Source: a virus
Length of the DNA: 64,000 nucleotides
IMG/VR virus record: IMGVR_UViG_3300047372_000605
Location: 28,959 to 92,958 of that record
Reading direction: 5' to 3' (one strand)
Both the position numbers and the translations under genes were made by a program. Below the pieces are notes generated by a model. That model worked only from the letters and a program-made list of their open reading frames with translations. It made no database searches and had not been told where the DNA came from. Positions within the stretch are counted from its first letter, which is position 1, and every line of letters starts with the position of its first letter. This document shows, piece after piece, positions 1-10,076 of the stretch.

Positions 1-1
1 A

Positions 2-154
2 TATGGAGTAAAAGCAGATACATCAACAGGACATTTTGAAGTTCATGATTATGATGAAGATAGCGAATTAGAATCCCCTTCAAGACCAGTTAATCCTAAC
101 TCTAATTTTGATCATTTTGATCTTAAAAAGTTAAATCAGGAATTTAATTCCTAA
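2..154 (+). CDS. 3' end of an upstream gene (possibly DnaB-like helicase C-terminus)
   Basis: Open frame YGVKADTSTGHFEVHDY...FNS* ending at TAA 152-154; identity is a guess from context. Confidence 0.3.
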   Translation, partial: YGVKADTSTGHFEVHDYDEDSELESPSRPVNPNSNFDHFDLKKLNQEFNS

Positions 155-167
155 AATTAAATAAATT

Positions 168-1154
168 ATGGCTAAAACAAATTTACTCCAGGAAAGGATA
201 GTATATAAACCTTTCGAATACCAAGAAGCAGCTGATTACTGGCTAAAACAACAGCAAGCACATTGGTTACACACAGAAGTTCCAATGATGTCAGATGTTA
301 ACGATTGGAAACAAAACCTATCAAAAACAGAAAAAAACATTATAGGGTCAATATTAAAAGGTTTTGCTCAAACTGAAACAGTTGTAAATGATTATTGGAG
401 TGGATTAGTAACAAAATGGTTTAGAAAACCTGAAGTTATAATGATGGCTACTACATTTGGAGCATTTGAAACAATACATGCTGAAGCTTATTCTTTATTA
501 AATGAAACACTAGGTTTAGAAAATTTTGCTGAATTTATGGAAGATGAAGCAACAATGGCTAAAATAGAAAATTTAACAGCCGTTAGAGACAGCTTTAATG
601 GTGAAAAAGACATACATGAAATAGCAAAATCATTAGCTATATTTTCTGCATTTACAGAAGGTGTAAATTTATTTTCTTCATTTGCAGTTTTACTATCTTT
701 TAAAATGCAAAATAAACTTAAAGGAGTAGGTCAGATAGTAGAATGGAGTATTAGAGATGAATCATTACACTCAGAAGCTGGATGTTGGTTATTTAGAACA
801 TTAATAGCTGAAAACCCAAAAATAAAAACACCAGAATTAGAAGCAGCAATAAATGAAGCAGCTTTATTATCACTACAATTAGAACTTGATTTTATAGATA
901 AAGTATATGAACTTGGTGATTTAGAAGGATGTTCAAAATATGATTTAGTTAATTTTATAAAAAACAGAGTTAACACAAAATTAGGAGATTTAGGATACAA
1001 TCCTATAATAGGAGATGTAGACATGACAGCGGTAAATAATATGAAATGGTTTGATGCTTTAAGTGCAGGTAAACAACATACAGATTTTTTCGCTTCAAGA
1101 GTAACAAATTATGCAAAAGGTACTAAAGACTGGGATGCAGCAACATTATTTTAA
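168..1154 (+). CDS. nrdB: Ribonucleotide reductase class I beta subunit
   Basis: Ferritin-like ligands QTE, ETIHAEAY (radical Tyr kept), TEG, RDESLH; HTDFF C-terminal motif. Confidence 0.95.
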   Translation: MAKTNLLQERIVYKPFEYQEAADYWLKQQQAHWLHTEVPMMSDVNDWKQNLSKTEKNIIGSILKGFAQTETVVNDYWSGLVTKWFRKPEVIMMATTFGAFETIHAEAYSLLNETLGLENFAEFMEDEATMAKIENLTAVRDSFNGEKDIHEIAKSLAIFSAFTEGVNLFSSFAVLLSFKMQNKLKGVGQIVEWSIRDESLHSEAGCWLFRTLIAENPKIKTPELEAAINEAALLSLQLELDFIDKVYELGDLEGCSKYDLVNFIKNRVNTKLGDLGYNPIIGDVDMTAVNNMKWFDALSAGKQHTDFFASRVTNYAKGTKDWDAATLF

Positions 1155-1157
1155 GAT

Positions 1158-2867
1158 ATGGATAACAATTTAATAGCAGACACAACAAATTGGGAAAAGG
1201 GTAAAGATTATCCTGAGTGGATGAATGAAGTAGCACTAGCAACTATTTCTAAAGGATATTTAATCCCTGGAGAAACACCTAGAAAAGCCTATAAAAGAGT
1301 ATCAGGTGCAATATCTTCAAAATTAAACAGACCAGATCTAGAAAGCAAATTTTTTAAGTATATTTGGAATGGTTGGATTGGTTTAGCATCACCTGTTTTA
1401 TCTAACACAGGAACAGATAGAGGTTTACCTATTTCATGTTATGGTGTTGATACGCCCGATTCAATTAGAGGTATAGGTTTAACAAATGCAGAATTAATGA
1501 AACTTACCTCAGCAGGAGGAGGTGTTGGTATTTCTTTATCAAGAATTAGAGAAAGAGGTGCACCTATAAAAGGAAACGGCCAATCTGAAGGAGTAGTTCC
1601 ATGGGCTAAAATATATGATTCAACTATAATAGCTACTAACCAGGGTAGTGTACGAAGAGGTGCTGCTAGTGTTAATTTAGACATTAATCACCCTGATATT
1701 AGTGAATATCTTCAAATTAGAAGACCAAAAGGTGACCCAAATAGACAATGTTTAAATTTACATCAATGTGTAGTAGTAGATGATGCTTTTATGAGAAAGC
1801 TAAACGACAGAGATGAAGAAGCTATGGGATTATGGTTAGAAATTTTAAAAGCTAGAGTTGAAACAGGTGAACCTTACATAATGTTTAAAGATAATGTTAA
1901 TAAAGATAATCCAATGGCTTATCTAATGAATAATTTAGATGTTTCAATGACTAATATTTGTTCTGAGATTACATTACATACAGATGAAGAGCATAGTTTT
2001 ATATGTTGTTTAAGTTCTTTAAATTTAGCTAAATACGATGAATGGAAAGATACAGATGTAGTAGAAACTGCTACATATTTTTTAGATGGTGTAATGCAAG
2101 AATTTATTGATAAAACCAGTGGTCAAGAATCAATGAAACGAACACATAGACATGCTGTTAAAGGAAGAGCATTAGGTTTAGGTGTAATGGGTTGGCATAC
2201 ATTTTTACAGAAAAAGGATTTACCATTTAATTCAATAGCATCTACAGCTTGGACACATACTATATTTTCTCAAATAAAATTAAAAGCTGAAACAGCATCT
2301 AGACAATTAGCAGATGAATATGGAGAGCCTTTATGGTGTAAAGGAACAGGTATGAGGAATACTCATTTACTAGCAGTAGCACCAACAGTATCAAATTCAA
2401 GAATATCAGGATGCTCAGCAGGGATAGAGCCACAACCTGCAAATGTTTATACATTTAATGGAGCTAAAGGTACTTTTATAGTTAAAAATCCAGAATTAGT
2501 AGCTAAATTAAAAACTACTAAAAACAATACTGATAAAATATGGGATCAAATTTTAGCAGATAATGGTTCAGTACAAAATTTACCTGCAGAAGTACTACCT
2601 GAAGAAGATAAAGAAGTATTTTTAACATTTTCTGAAGTAAATCAATTAGGTTTAGTTCAGCAAGCAGCTATAAGACAAAAATACATAGATCAAACACAAT
2701 CATTAAATCTATGTTTTGATCCTACAGATTCTCCTCGATGGATTAATCAAGTTCATTTAGAAGCTTGGAAATTAGGAGTAAAAACATTATATTATTTAAG
2801 AACAGATTCAGTTATTAAAGGAGATTTAGGATCTCGTGTAGCAGATTGTGTATCTTGTGATGGATAA
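1158..2867 (+). CDS. nrdA: Ribonucleotide reductase class I alpha subunit, compact, no ATP-cone
   Basis: ISCY, TNICSE, APTVSNS, KTLYYLR and C-terminal CVSCDG. Confidence 0.95.
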   Translation: MDNNLIADTTNWEKGKDYPEWMNEVALATISKGYLIPGETPRKAYKRVSGAISSKLNRPDLESKFFKYIWNGWIGLASPVLSNTGTDRGLPISCYGVDTPDSIRGIGLTNAELMKLTSAGGGVGISLSRIRERGAPIKGNGQSEGVVPWAKIYDSTIIATNQGSVRRGAASVNLDINHPDISEYLQIRRPKGDPNRQCLNLHQCVVVDDAFMRKLNDRDEEAMGLWLEILKARVETGEPYIMFKDNVNKDNPMAYLMNNLDVSMTNICSEITLHTDEEHSFICCLSSLNLAKYDEWKDTDVVETATYFLDGVMQEFIDKTSGQESMKRTHRHAVKGRALGLGVMGWHTFLQKKDLPFNSIASTAWTHTIFSQIKLKAETASRQLADEYGEPLWCKGTGMRNTHLLAVAPTVSNSRISGCSAGIEPQPANVYTFNGAKGTFIVKNPELVAKLKTTKNNTDKIWDQILADNGSVQNLPAEVLPEEDKEVFLTFSEVNQLGLVQQAAIRQKYIDQTQSLNLCFDPTDSPRWINQVHLEAWKLGVKTLYYLRTDSVIKGDLGSRVADCVSCDG

Positions 2868-2897
2868 CCGTATTTATAAACATATAAAAATAAATTT

Positions 2898-2942
2898 GTT
2901 GGCCCTAATAAAGGGAAGTGGACTTCACCGTAAGTAGCCAAC
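2898..2942 (+). ncRNA. Candidate structured leader RNA upstream of the tail fibre gene
   Basis: GC-rich island: GTTGGC/GCCAAC closing stem enclosing CCCT-AATAA-AGGG and GTG-GACTT-CAC hairpins. Confidence 0.45.
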
Positions 2943-2959
2943 CGCAAAAATAAAAAATT

Positions 2960-4759
2960 ATGCCAAACTGGAAAAAAGTAGCGATATCTGGGTCCAATGT
3001 ATCGCAATTCAATAACGACGGAACTTATATAAAAATGAATGGGAATACCACAAATGGTCTCCTAACATTTGAAGCTGCAGATTGTGCAACAGTAGAATCT
3101 AAAGCAACTTATAATGGTACAACCCAAGAATTAAATAATCATGGTAAAATAGTAGCATTTTCAGGTTCACAATTTTCAACTGCTTCTCCACCTGCTGGGA
3201 ATGGGGCTTTAGTAGGTTTCAAATCCCCACTTGTAGGTTCACCTTGGTCCCCTATTTCAGGTTCAAGAAATCATTCTATATCAGCTACTACTAGATATAC
3301 TAATTTTGGTAGTGGTAATCAATGCGCTGCTACATTAGGTATAACAGCTCAAAAAGGAGTTTCTGATAAAAATGCAACTGTAGAATTAACTAGTATAGCA
3401 AAAGAAGATGGATGCCATGATGCTATATTTTCATTAGCTGTAAAACAAGATGCAGGAGCTGGTGCTGGTTTCCATCCAGTAAGAGAATTATTTAGAATAG
3501 ATGGTAGAGATGAAACTATTTTTCTTTCAGGTTCATTATCTATTAAAACTTCTAAAATGGCAACTACTGCTTCGGCGGGAAATATATTAGTTTATGATAA
3601 TTCCACAGGGCAAATAAAAAAATCATCAGCTACAATTAATACAGGAACTGCAGTAAATAGTGTAAACGGAGCAACTGGAACAGTAACTACAACACAAGTA
3701 TTAAATGGTTCAACTGTTCTTTCAGGTTCATTCCCATCTACTTCACCTGGAGGAGCTTCAGGAAATGTTCAATATAATGATGGGGCTAGTGGGTTTGCTG
3801 GTGAAGCAGCTTTTACATGGAATTCAACTACAGATAAATTAACAGTTAAAAATCCTGGATCAGGTGCTGGTGGTTTAGTAACAAATAATATTGAAGGTGG
3901 TGGAAGTACATTAACTATTAGTGATGGTGGAAATGATCAAAATATGTTATTATGTGTTGGGGATGCAAACATTAATATTTGCAACTATGGAAATAATATG
4001 GTATCAATGGGAGACTCATCAATTTCTATTTGCCAACAGGTAAAGTTACCTGATTTATCCCTTAATGCAGAAACACATTGTATAGTTAAGATACATGCAA
4101 CTACAGGAGAACTTTATTGTGCTGCACCATCTGCAGGAACAACACCAACTTTAGATGCAGTAACTACACAAGGTAATACTACTACAAATGGTATGTGTAT
4201 GACAGGACAAATTTGTGTAGGAGATGGTTCTACTTCTAGCCCTTCTATAGTATTTGCTAGTGATAGTAGTGTTGGATTTTCGAGACCTGGAACTGATTGT
4301 TTAAGAGTAATAGTTGGAACATCGGCACAAAGTTTAGCTACTTTTAATACTGATGGGTTAAATATGTGTAACGGAGCTTTATCAGTGGGTAATATAAGCA
4401 CTTCAACAACAACAGGTAGAATAGATGCTTCAAATGATATAGTAGCATATTCAACTTCAGACTGTAGGTTAAAGAAATATGTTAAACCTATTAAAAATGC
4501 TTTAGATAAAATTGATAAAATTAGAGGTGTAGAATTTGACTGGAAAGTTACTGATGAAAAGATGAAAGAAGAAGTACACTCATTTGAAGGGCATGATATA
4601 GGAGTTATAGCACAAGAGGTAGAAGAAATACTCCCAGAAGTAGTTGCAACAAGGGATAATGGGTATAAAGCAGTTAGATATGAAAAAATAGTTCCATTAT
4701 TAATTCAAGGTATAAAAGAATTAAAAGAAGAAGTAGAAATCATCAAATCTAAAATATAA
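2960..4759 (+). CDS. Tail fibre/spike with C-terminal intramolecular chaperone (Peptidase S74)
   Basis: G/S/T-rich body; C-terminal SDCRLK...GVIAQEVE...VRYEKIVPLLIQGIKEL. Confidence 0.88.
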   Translation: MPNWKKVAISGSNVSQFNNDGTYIKMNGNTTNGLLTFEAADCATVESKATYNGTTQELNNHGKIVAFSGSQFSTASPPAGNGALVGFKSPLVGSPWSPISGSRNHSISATTRYTNFGSGNQCAATLGITAQKGVSDKNATVELTSIAKEDGCHDAIFSLAVKQDAGAGAGFHPVRELFRIDGRDETIFLSGSLSIKTSKMATTASAGNILVYDNSTGQIKKSSATINTGTAVNSVNGATGTVTTTQVLNGSTVLSGSFPSTSPGGASGNVQYNDGASGFAGEAAFTWNSTTDKLTVKNPGSGAGGLVTNNIEGGGSTLTISDGGNDQNMLLCVGDANINICNYGNNMVSMGDSSISICQQVKLPDLSLNAETHCIVKIHATTGELYCAAPSAGTTPTLDAVTTQGNTTTNGMCMTGQICVGDGSTSSPSIVFASDSSVGFSRPGTDCLRVIVGTSAQSLATFNTDGLNMCNGALSVGNISTSTTTGRIDASNDIVAYSTSDCRLKKYVKPIKNALDKIDKIRGVEFDWKVTDEKMKEEVHSFEGHDIGVIAQEVEEILPEVVATRDNGYKAVRYEKIVPLLIQGIKELKEEVEIIKSKI

Positions 4760-5625
4760 TGACTTTACCTGCTTCAGGGCAAATATCAGTATTACAAGCA
4801 GCTGATGAATTAGGTCTTCCTACTCAATCAGTTGGAACAACTTGTCCCCATGCTGGAGTTTCAATAGAAGTTATGGGTAAAATGATTGATGACCAGCAAG
4901 GATCATCAACTACATATAATTTTCCTCAAGATGGTTTTTATGGGTATGATTTTAGTGGTGATTGTATAGCAGCTTTTGATGCTAGAGATGCTAGATCTAA
5001 AAAATCAGGTGTATCTACTTGGTATGATTTATCAGGAAATGAGAATAATATGACCATTCTTAATTCTCCCTTATTTTATACTAATGCTAATGCCGCTGGT
5101 GGATCTTTTTACTTTTATAGTAGTAATTATGGAACACTTTCTGGTTTAAATAATGAAAATGAAACTATTGCATCAACGGGTTTAACTATTGAAATATGGT
5201 CACAAAGAACTTCTGGAACAAATGCTCAATATTTATGGGATGCCAGAGGTACTAATGGACAATCAACAGGTTACATGTTAACTGAATATGCAGGTTATGA
5301 TTGGAATTGGGCAAATGCAGTTAGATATAATTCTAGCAATGGATATAATAATTGGCACCAATGGGCAATAAGTATGAGTCCTACATTTAATGAGGCAAGA
5401 GGAGGATATCCAGCCACAGGATATCTCAACGGGACTTCAGTTGCAACTGGGTATCAATCTCAAACACCAGCTTTACCTAATACTTTTTATATGGGAAAAA
5501 GATTCTCTGGTACTGGTTATCTTACAGGTTATGTTCAAATTTTTAAAATTTATAGCAAACAATTATCTGCTAAACAAATACAGGGTTCATATGATTTTTA
5601 CAAAGGAAGATTTGGTTTAACTTAA
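4759..5625 (+). CDS. LamG/concanavalin-A-like tail-associated protein
   Basis: N-terminal MTLPASGQIS; WYDLSGN, TIEIW, YLNG, IYSKQLS motifs. Confidence 0.75.
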   Translation: MTLPASGQISVLQAADELGLPTQSVGTTCPHAGVSIEVMGKMIDDQQGSSTTYNFPQDGFYGYDFSGDCIAAFDARDARSKKSGVSTWYDLSGNENNMTILNSPLFYTNANAAGGSFYFYSSNYGTLSGLNNENETIASTGLTIEIWSQRTSGTNAQYLWDARGTNGQSTGYMLTEYAGYDWNWANAVRYNSSNGYNNWHQWAISMSPTFNEARGGYPATGYLNGTSVATGYQSQTPALPNTFYMGKRFSGTGYLTGYVQIFKIYSKQLSAKQIQGSYDFYKGRFGLT

Positions 5626-5630
5626 ATAAA

Positions 5631-5900
5631 ATGGAAACACTTGATCATATAATTTTTGCTACTTTATCTAGTTCATACTTAGAACAGATAAATTATTCTC
5701 AGATATTAGAAACAAATTCTACAACAGTAGGTAAATCAATAGATGAGTCTTTATTTTCTATATCCTGGTATACCAGTAGTATTCCTACATTTATAAGTGA
5801 TAACTCAGTTGAATTAAACTGGTCTGGATCTTATACTAATTGGTTAGATATAAGAAGTAGCACATCTTGGACTCCTTTAGACCCTGAAGCTGAAGAATAA
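5631..5900 (+). CDS. Small tail-associated hypothetical protein
   Basis: ORF coupled to the LamG gene. Confidence 0.5.
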   Translation: METLDHIIFATLSSSYLEQINYSQILETNSTTVGKSIDESLFSISWYTSSIPTFISDNSVELNWSGSYTNWLDIRSSTSWTPLDPEAEE

Positions 5901-5930
5901 TTTGGTATCTTTAAATTAATTTATTATATT
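5901..5930 (+). promoter_or_regulatory. TTG-N20-TATATT promoter (variant)
   Basis: TTTGG...ATTATATT with the same spacing as the other copies. Confidence 0.55.
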
Positions 5931-5946
5931 ATATTAAAATTAAGTT

Positions 5947-6831
5947 ATGTCAAAGTATTCAATATTCCATATTGAAGGTGGATTAGGTAAACATGTAGCA
6001 GCAACCGCTGTAGCTAAATGTATAAAAAACAACCACCCAAATAGAAAATTAATAATAGTTTGTGGATGGCCTCAAGTTTTTTTAGGGCTTGATTTTGTAG
6101 AAAAGGTTTATAGACATAACATGACTCCTTACTTTTATGAGGAATATATAGAAAATAAAGATTCCATTATTTTTAGACACGAACCTTATTTTACCACAGA
6201 ACACATAGTAAAAAGAAAACCATTAATAGAAAATTGGTGTAGGCTATATAAGCTAAAATATACTAATGAAACCCCAGAGTTAAAGTTTAATTTAAGACAA
6301 AAACAAATAGGGGCTAATAAATGGAGAAGAGATAAACCAGTATTATTAATCCACACAAACGGTGGACCTTTACAGGGTCAAAAACATGACTATGCTTGGA
6401 CAAGAGACTTACCAGGAAAAAATATAGTAGAAGTAGCAAATCATTTTTTAAAAAAAGATTATCACATAATTCAAATATGTAGAAAAAAGGAACAATGTAT
6501 AGAGGGTATTGAACACGTTTATGAATCGATAGACAATCTAGAACTTTTCCAGTTACTAGCCTATGCAGATAAACGTTTACTTATTGATTCGTGTTTACAA
6601 CACGCTGCTTATGCGATGAATTTACCTTCTACAGTATGTTGGATAGGAACACCTCATACTATATTTGGGTATGATTTCCATAAAAATATCCAGGCTACAT
6701 TACCTAAATATAATTTCCCAGATAGGTATATGTTTGATTCTCAATTTACAGGAGAAACAATGGAATGTCCTTTTGAAAGCGATAACATATTAGATAGTGC
6801 ACAAATTATTAAATCATTGGAAGAACAATGA
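5947..6831 (+). CDS. GT9-like glycosyltransferase
   Basis: GGLGK N-terminus; IDSCLQHAAYAMNLP matches the GT9 DSGxxHxAxA motif. Confidence 0.7.
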   Translation: MSKYSIFHIEGGLGKHVAATAVAKCIKNNHPNRKLIIVCGWPQVFLGLDFVEKVYRHNMTPYFYEEYIENKDSIIFRHEPYFTTEHIVKRKPLIENWCRLYKLKYTNETPELKFNLRQKQIGANKWRRDKPVLLIHTNGGPLQGQKHDYAWTRDLPGKNIVEVANHFLKKDYHIIQICRKKEQCIEGIEHVYESIDNLELFQLLAYADKRLLIDSCLQHAAYAMNLPSTVCWIGTPHTIFGYDFHKNIQATLPKYNFPDRYMFDSQFTGETMECPFESDNILDSAQIIKSLEEQ

Positions 6832-6868
6832 TTTTTTTAGTATTTATAATAAATCAAAAAAATAAAAA

Positions 6869-7099
6869 ATGAAATATTTAAAAAGATTTTGGAACTGGTT
6901 ACTAGGAAAAACTACTATTGACGAGAAGATTGAAGCTAAAGTAGACGAAGTTGTCGAAGAAGTAAAAGAACGAGTTAGTAGAGTAAAAGAAGAAGTTGCT
7001 GATGTAAAAAAAGCAGCTAAAGAAGTAGCTGACCAAGCAAAAGATGTAGTTGATGCTGCCAAAGGTAAAAAAAGAAGAGGCAGACCAAAGAAAAAATAA
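6869..7099 (+). CDS. Small K/E/A-rich protein with AT-hook-like tail
   Basis: Amphipathic helix plus KRRGRPKKK. Confidence 0.6.
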   Translation: MKYLKRFWNWLLGKTTIDEKIEAKVDEVVEEVKERVSRVKEEVADVKKAAKEVADQAKDVVDAAKGKKRRGRPKKK

Positions 7100-7133
7100 T
7101 CAATTAAATTAATAAGTTTTAAAAAATAGTTTT

Positions 7134-7403
7134 ATGAATAGAATTACAAATTATATAAAACATAAACTTATGTCATTTAGGAATATTTTTAAGGATGAAA
7201 ACGACATCAATGAAAAAAATGTAGTTGGATTTGCAGCATTTATGGTAATGGTAGTATTTGCCGCAGTAGATATTATTACAGGAATTTCAGGCAAACATTT
7301 AGAAATTCAAGAATATATTTACAATTCATTTGTTATAATCGCACTAGGTAGCTTTGGTATAGCTGAAGCAGGAAAAATATTTAGTGGTAAAAAAGAAGAA
7401 TAA
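7134..7403 (+). CDS. Putative holin (2 TM)
   Basis: Two hydrophobic segments, charged C-terminus, overlaps the endolysin start. Confidence 0.5.
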   Translation: MNRITNYIKHKLMSFRNIFKDENDINEKNVVGFAAFMVMVVFAAVDIITGISGKHLEIQEYIYNSFVIIALGSFGIAEAGKIFSGKKEE

Positions 7404-8350
7404 TGCTATTAAAAAAAGGGTCTAAAGGACCAGATGTTAAAGACTTGCAAGAGGCCTTAGGACTAGCAGCTGATGGTATATTTGGCTCTGGTACAGAAGC
7501 AGCAGTAAAAGAATTTCAAAAAGAAAATAACTTAACCGTTGATGGTTTAGTAGGTAGAGGAACTTGGGAAATGCTAGGTTTAGATACTGATGAATCAGGA
7601 TGGGATGCTGCAACTGATAAAGATGATAAACTAGAACGTTTAGGTAAATATACAACTAAGGGTGGTTTAGAAATAGATAGAGCTTATTTAGATGGAGATG
7701 AATTTGTTAGAGACTATGGTAAGATAGAACCATTAGGGTTTTTTATTCATCACACAGCTGGTTGGGATAATCCTTACAACACAATTAATAACTGGAACCG
7801 AGACACAAGAGGTAGAGTAGCTACACAATATTGTATAGGTGGTACTAATGTAAAAGGTAAAGATGCACCTCATGATGGTGTAGTAGTAGAATGCTTCCCA
7901 AATAACTATTTAGGATGGCATTTAGGTAAAGTAGGAGGATTTGCTATATCTAAATTTTCAGGAGGTGTAGAATTAAATAATTTTGGTTATTTGACTAAAA
8001 AAGGAGATAAATACTACACTTATGTTAATACAGAAGTAAAACCAGAATATGTTTGTGATTTAGGATATAAATTTAGAGGTCACCAATACTGGCATGCTTA
8101 TTCAGATAAGCAAATAGAAAGTTTAAGACTACTTATTTTACATTTAAAAGACATTTATCCAAAAATGGACTTAGAAAATGGTATTCCTAAAATGTTAAAA
8201 GAAGGAGTACACCCAAAAGAAGCATTTGAATTTAATGAAGATGCTTATAATGCAAAACAATTTGGGTTATGGTCACACACATCTGTAAGAAAAGACAAGT
8301 TTGATTGTTTTCCTCAAGAGGAACTTGTCAATATGCTAAGAAATTTGTAA
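7403..8350 (+). CDS. Endolysin: PG-binding domain + N-acetylmuramoyl-L-alanine amidase
   Basis: DGIFGSGTEAAVKEFQ...DGLVG PG_binding_1 domain; HHTAG and SHTSVRKDKFDCFP Zn ligands. Confidence 0.88.
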   Translation: MLLKKGSKGPDVKDLQEALGLAADGIFGSGTEAAVKEFQKENNLTVDGLVGRGTWEMLGLDTDESGWDAATDKDDKLERLGKYTTKGGLEIDRAYLDGDEFVRDYGKIEPLGFFIHHTAGWDNPYNTINNWNRDTRGRVATQYCIGGTNVKGKDAPHDGVVVECFPNNYLGWHLGKVGGFAISKFSGGVELNNFGYLTKKGDKYYTYVNTEVKPEYVCDLGYKFRGHQYWHAYSDKQIESLRLLILHLKDIYPKMDLENGIPKMLKEGVHPKEAFEFNEDAYNAKQFGLWSHTSVRKDKFDCFPQEELVNMLRNL

Positions 8351-8359
8351 ATTAATCTT

Positions 8360-9523
8360 ATGATTAAAAAAATAACAGATAGGATATTCCCTGCTTTAAT
8401 AGCACTATCGGCACTTTCCGTATCTGCTTCGGCAGCATTTTATTCAATTAGTGGGTTAAGTAAATTATTTGCAGGAGCAGCATTTGCAGTTATAGTAATG
8501 GCAGCTTCATTGGAGATAGCCAAATTAGTAATAGCATCTTTACTTTACCAATATAGAAAAACACTACCTTTTTTACTTAAAGCTTATTTATCAATTGCTT
8601 GTGTGGTATTAATATTAATTACTTCAATGGGCATATATGGGTTTTTATCTGCTGCTTACCAAGATACAGCAAATAAAGAAGGTAATGCTGAAGCCCGAAT
8701 AGTGCTTATAGAAACTAAAAGAGATAATGTTAAAGAACAATTAGAAGTTTATACTGAAGAAAAAACATCTATAAATGAAGCAGTAGCTGAACTTAGAAAA
8801 GGTTTATCTAATAATAAAGTTCAATGGAGAGATAAAGAAACTAATCAAATTATTACTTCAACTTCTAGTAGAACTAGAAAAGCACTAGAAAAACAATTAG
8901 ATCAAGCTATAATCAGACAAACAGAAATAAATGCTAAGGTAGATGTTTTAAATGAAAAAATATTTGAATATGAAACCGAAATAGTAGAAACAAGAATAGG
9001 AGATGGTTCTACAAGTGAATTAGGCCCTCTTAAATATCTTTCAGGTTTAACAGGTTTACCTATGGATAAAATAATAAATTATCTTTTATTAACAATAATA
9101 TTTGTGTTTGATCCTTTAGCAATAGCACTAGTAATAGCAGCTAACTTCGCATTTGCTAGATTAAGAAAACCAACTAAAGAAAATTTATATGGCGAGACAG
9201 TAGAATGCTCTGTGCCCGAAGGTAGAGAATTTAATACTCCCTATGATATAGATGATTTAATACCTAATACTCCTTATACAGAAAAAGAAGTTAATAAAGT
9301 TATAAAAAATGAAGTTGAAAAAATAGAAAAAGAACCACCTGTTGATTTTGATGATGATTCTCAAACAATAAGTGATACTGGATCCAAAATTAAATCATTA
9401 GAATCTCAAAAAGAAAAAATCCAAAGAAATGGAGGTACTGCTAAAAAAGTAGGAGATGCTTTAGCTCAAATAGATAAAAAAATTAAAAAATTAAGAGACG
9501 AAGATAATACAATTACTTATTAA
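8360..9523 (+). CDS. Multi-TM + coiled-coil membrane protein
   Basis: Three to four N-terminal TM helices, long coiled coil, IFVFDPLAI helix. Confidence 0.6.
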   Translation: MIKKITDRIFPALIALSALSVSASAAFYSISGLSKLFAGAAFAVIVMAASLEIAKLVIASLLYQYRKTLPFLLKAYLSIACVVLILITSMGIYGFLSAAYQDTANKEGNAEARIVLIETKRDNVKEQLEVYTEEKTSINEAVAELRKGLSNNKVQWRDKETNQIITSTSSRTRKALEKQLDQAIIRQTEINAKVDVLNEKIFEYETEIVETRIGDGSTSELGPLKYLSGLTGLPMDKIINYLLLTIIFVFDPLAIALVIAANFAFARLRKPTKENLYGETVECSVPEGREFNTPYDIDDLIPNTPYTEKEVNKVIKNEVEKIEKEPPVDFDDDSQTISDTGSKIKSLESQKEKIQRNGGTAKKVGDALAQIDKKIKKLRDEDNTITY

Positions 9524-9528
9524 AATTA

Positions 9529-9558
9529 TTTGGCTTCCCCAATAAAGGTTCGTATATT
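9529..9558 (+). promoter_or_regulatory. TTG-N20-TATATT promoter
   Basis: TTTGGCTTCCCCAATAAAGGTTCGTATATT. Confidence 0.75.
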
Positions 9559-9563
9559 TAAGC

Positions 9564-10076
9564 ATGACTAAAAATTATATTTACGATGTAGATGAAGATA
9601 CAGTTTTAGAAAAAATATCACAACTGCAACCCCTTAATTATAATCAATTTAGATGGTGGAGAAGATTTGATTCTCCAAACAAACCATTACACAAATATTC
9701 TGATTTACTAGATAAAATCCAAAATGGTGATTATGAATTCTCTCATTATTACTGGCAAGCAAGATATGCCGAAATGGAAATAAATCATTTACACCATGAA
9801 ACATATCCCGATGCTGTTTTATTTAATGAAAAAAATGCTATGAACGGTGCTAGAAGAAAACGTTTGTGGGATGATTTTGAAAAAGACGAAAAAGAACGTA
9901 TTAATAGTATTGAAAAAGATTTCTATATGAAGTTCAAAATGTCTCGAAAGCAAGTAAAAGAAGAAATGGGAGGGTTTGGAGGTACACTAGAAAATTTTTA
10001 TCATTATTGTGATAAAGAATTTGGAACAAGACGAGAAAAATTACAAACACGAGGAAGACCAAGAAAAGTTATATGA
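9564..10076 (+). CDS. Hypothetical protein
   Basis: 170-aa ORF, C-terminal TRGRPRK. Confidence 0.6.
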   Translation: MTKNYIYDVDEDTVLEKISQLQPLNYNQFRWWRRFDSPNKPLHKYSDLLDKIQNGDYEFSHYYWQARYAEMEINHLHHETYPDAVLFNEKNAMNGARRKRLWDDFEKDEKERINSIEKDFYMKFKMSRKQVKEEMGGFGGTLENFYHYCDKEFGTRREKLQTRGRPRKVI

